From NCBI RefSeq assembly GCF_009914755.1, contig NC_060948.1: a DNA stretch of 64,000 nucleotides; one strand, 5' to 3'. Below are positions 59,239 to 64,000 of the stretch, in pieces. A model generated the notes under the pieces. The model did not search any database. It saw only the letters and a list, made by a program, of their open reading frames with translations, and was not told where the DNA came from. Position 1 is the first letter of the stretch. Each line of letters starts with the position of its first letter. A program made the translations under genes and the position numbers. The stretch is from the human T2T-CHM13v2.0 reference genome, Homo sapiens.

Positions 59239-61344
59239 AGATCCATATTTTTTAAATGAAAAAAAATTTCAAAGGTACTCTGCTTGGTACAATAATCAAA
59301 TGTATAAACTGAGGAATAAAACATAACCATGAAACCTACTTATAACTGCATATGGAAAATACAGAGGATAATTTTTTAAATAACATATTTTGAAAGCCTT
59401 AACTAGTAATTTGAAGAGTTGGCATTTGAAAGGCCAGTATGAATATACCTTCAAAGCAGCAACACAGGTTCCCCATGAGAAAAAGCAAACACAGGGAAAA
59501 TAAACCACAAAGGTTCAATCTCTTCTGACCTTTGAAAGACACAGCACAGACAGTGGTCCTTAGGACGAAGAGCAGGAGACCCCTAATTCCGTCACCATGG
59601 CGATAGGGCATAAACATTGCTGGGTGAGGGCACAATCCACATTGTGAGGTCCAACTGCTGCCAGGAAGACAGGAGTGCTTTTACATAGACCGAAAGGTCA
59701 TTGAAGGCTCAGAGTTTTGTTTCAAGAACTGAATCCCAAGCCCACACGTGATTAGGCTGCGCTTCTTAAAACAAGTTATGAGATGGGAAAAAGGGCACCC
59801 ACAAACATACGTATACATAATGTATATAATAATATACAGTATCATATATATAATATATATAACCTATGTATAATATTGTTTTACATCCTGCATCCTATGT
59901 TATATATATTGTATAAAATATAATAATTGATAATATATAAGTTTTATAATTATACAATATGACATATAGTATATATTATAATTTATGACATATATAATAT
60001 ATGTTATATATCATATATAGAATATATTATACGGTTAATATACGTATTAAATATAAATTATACATTATATATATTATATATAATATATCTGTTATATATA
60101 ATACCCATTATGCATAATATATATATTATGTCTATGTTATATATAGTATAAAACAACATATAATAATATATAATTGTATATATACAATGCGACATATAAT
60201 ATATATTATATTTTATAACATATGTAATATATATTATATATTATATATAATACGTTGTATGTATAATACCTATATTAAATATATATTATATGACTATGTT
60301 ATTAATAACATGTCACATGTGTTATATATTATATATTTTACATAGAATATACCGGTTACATACAATATATACTATGTTACCTATAATGTATAATTTATTA
60401 CATGTAAAATAAAGAATGCAATATATTATGTAAAATTTATAATATACAATATGTGGAATGTGATATATATAACATATAATATATGATATATGATATACAG
60501 TATATGATATATAACATACAATATATGATTCCTAATATATATGGTATACAATATATATTTTATGATATGTATTCTATATGTTTTATATTCTGTTATATAT
60601 AACTATTTGAAATTATATATAACTGTATAATATTTTATGTAAATATGAAATATAATATATATAACTATATAATATATTATATATAACTATATATTATGTT
60701 ATATATACTTTTATAACATAATTTACATAAAATATCATAATATAATATATATTATATTATTTCATATTACATAATATATATTACATATCACCCAATATAA
60801 CTAACATACATAATATTATAATATAGATTATATTGTGTTATATTAAATATCATATATATCTTGTATCATATATTCTATAATATATATTACACATTATATA
60901 ATATGTATGTTGTCTATTATGTGATATATATAAATATATATATAATTATATTTTTATACATATAACTAGATAAACATGTAATTCTACATATTTTCATTTA
61001 TAATATGTAGAATTATATAATCATATATAATTTTTTATATTCTATAAAAAATTTTATCATTATATAAATTATAATATATAAAAATTATAATATGTACTAC
61101 AAATATATATATATTATATATCATATATGATATAGTACCTTTGTTATATATCATAATACATATAAATGTGTATTATGTTATCTATAATTATATAATTTCA
61201 TATATAAGATGTATAATATGTATCATATAGTATAGATGTTATGTAATATATATAGTATATATAAGATGACACAGGATAAATATTATATACTATGACATAT
61301 AAAATATATGAGGTTATATGTTACATATAAGGCATAGCACATAA

Positions 61345-61659
<315 letters not shown>

Positions 61660-63787
61660 AGATCCATATTTTTTAAATGAAAAAAAATTTCAAAGGTACT
61701 CTGCTTGGTACAATAATCAAATGTATAAACTGAGGAATAAAACATAACCATGAAACCTACTTATAACTGCATATGGAAAATACAGAGGATAATTTTTTAA
61801 ATAACATATTTTGAAAGCCTTAACTAGTAATTTGAAGAGTTGGCATTTGAAAGGCCAGTATGAATATACCTTCAAAGCAGCAACACAGGTTCCCCATGAG
61901 AAAAAGCAAACACAGGGAAAATAAAAACACAAAGGTTCAATCTCTTCTGACCTTTGAAAGACACAGCACAGACAGTGGTCCTTAGGACGAAGAGCAGGAG
62001 ACCCCTAATTCCGTCACCATGGCGATAGGGCATAAACATTGCTGGGTGAGGGCACAATCCACATTGTGAGGTCCAACTGCTGCCAGGAAGACAGGAGTGC
62101 TTTTACATAGACCGAAAGGTCATTGAAGGCTCAGAGTTTTGTTTCAAGAACTGAATCCCAAGCCCACACGTGATTAGGCTGCGCTTCTTAAAACAAGTTA
62201 TGAGATGGGAAAAAGGGCACCCACAAACATACGTATACATTATGTATATAATAATATACAGTATCATATATATAATATATATAACCTATGTATAATATTG
62301 TTTTACATCCTGCATCTTATGTTATATATATTGTATAAAATATAATAATTGATAATATATAAGTTTTATAATTATACAATATGACATATAGTATATATTA
62401 TAATTTATGGCATATATAATATATGTTATATATCATATATAGAATATATTATACGGTTAATATACGTATTAAATATAAATTATACATTATATATATTATA
62501 TATAATATATCTGTTATATATAATACCCATTATGCATAATATATATATTATGTCTATGTTATATATAGTATAAAACAACATATAATAATATATAATTGTA
62601 TATATAAAATGCGACATATAATATATATTATATTTTATAACATATGTAATATATATTATATATTATATATAATACGTTGTATGTATAATACCTATATTAA
62701 ATATATATTATATGACTATGTTATTAATTACATGTCACATGTGTTATATATTATATATTTTACGTAGAATATACCGGTTACATACAATATATACTATGTT
62801 ACCTATAATGTATAATTTATTACATGTAAAATAAAGAATGCAATATATTATGTATAATTTATAATATACAATATGTGGAATGTGATATATATAACATATA
62901 ATATATGATATATGATATACAGTATATGATATATAACATACAGTATATGATTCCTAATATATATGGTATACAATATATATTTTATGATATGTATTCTATA
63001 TGTTTTATATTCTGTTATATATAACTATTTGAAATTATATATAACTGTATAATATTTTATGTAAATATGTAATATAATATATATAACTATATAATATGTT
63101 ATATATAACTATATATTATGTTATATATACTTTTATAACATAATTTACATAAAATATCATAATATAATATATATTATATTATTTCATATTACATTATATA
63201 TATTACATATCACCCAATATAACTAACATACATAATATTATAATATAGATTATATTGTGTTATATTAAATATCATATATATCATGTATCATATATTCTAT
63301 AATATATATTACACATTATATAATATGTATGTTTTCTATTATGTGATATATATAACTATATATATAATTATATTTTTATACATATAACTAGATAAACATG
63401 TAATTCTACATATTTTCATTTATAATATGTAGAATTATATAATCATATATAATTATTTATATTCTATAAAAAATTTTATCATTATATAAATTATAATATA
63501 TAAAAATTATAATATGTACTACACATATATATATTATATATCATATATGATATAGTACCATTGTTATATATCATAATACATATAAATGTGTATTATGTTA
63601 TCTATAATTATATAATTTCATATATAAGATGTATAATATGTATCATATATTACATATGTTATGTAATATATATAGTATATATAAGATGACACAGGATAAA
63701 TATTATATACTATGACATATAAAATATATGAGGTTATATGTTACATATAAGGCATAGCACATAACATGTAATATATATCATATATAA

Positions 63788-64000
63788 TTTTTTTTTAGAC
63801 AGAATCTTGTCCTGTTGCACATGGTGGGGTACAATGGCGCCATCTTTGCTCACTGCAACTTCTGCCTCACGGGTCCAAGCGATTGTCCTCCCTCAGCCTC
63901 CCAGGTAGCTGGGACTACACCACACTGGGACTACACCAGCTGCCACCATGCCTAGCTAATTTTTTGGATTTTTAGTAGTGACAGCGTTTCACTGTATTGG
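63788..64000 (-). mobile_element. Alu in DYZ2 unit (copy 27, cut by window end)
   Basis: Majority-type Alu, partial. Confidence 0.9.

Overview
The whole 64-kb window is one head-to-tail tandem array of a ~2.42-kb composite repeat (~26.4 units). Unit lengths run 2408-2423 bp, mode 2420, read from the spacing of the recurring ORF anchor. Each unit has a ~1.55-kb extremely AT-rich degenerate (TA)n-like block, a diverged minus-strand Alu with a short 5' truncation (~292 bp), and a ~580-bp GC-richer HSATI-type segment. This matches human DYZ2/HSat1B satellite, most likely Yq12 heterochromatin. The predicted largest HaeIII fragment (2146 bp) fits the classic 2.1-kb male-specific band. I see no credible protein-coding gene, RNA gene, CRISPR array or novel genetic system; the ORFs are by-products of the repeat. 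The informative signal is the array's internal history: a recent 7247-bp three-unit duplication with its crossover inside an Alu, a block of a distinct unit subfamily that keeps ancestral Alu states, single-unit and dimer duplications, short conversion-like patches, and an apparently transversion-rich variant spectrum. All comparisons were made by eye.
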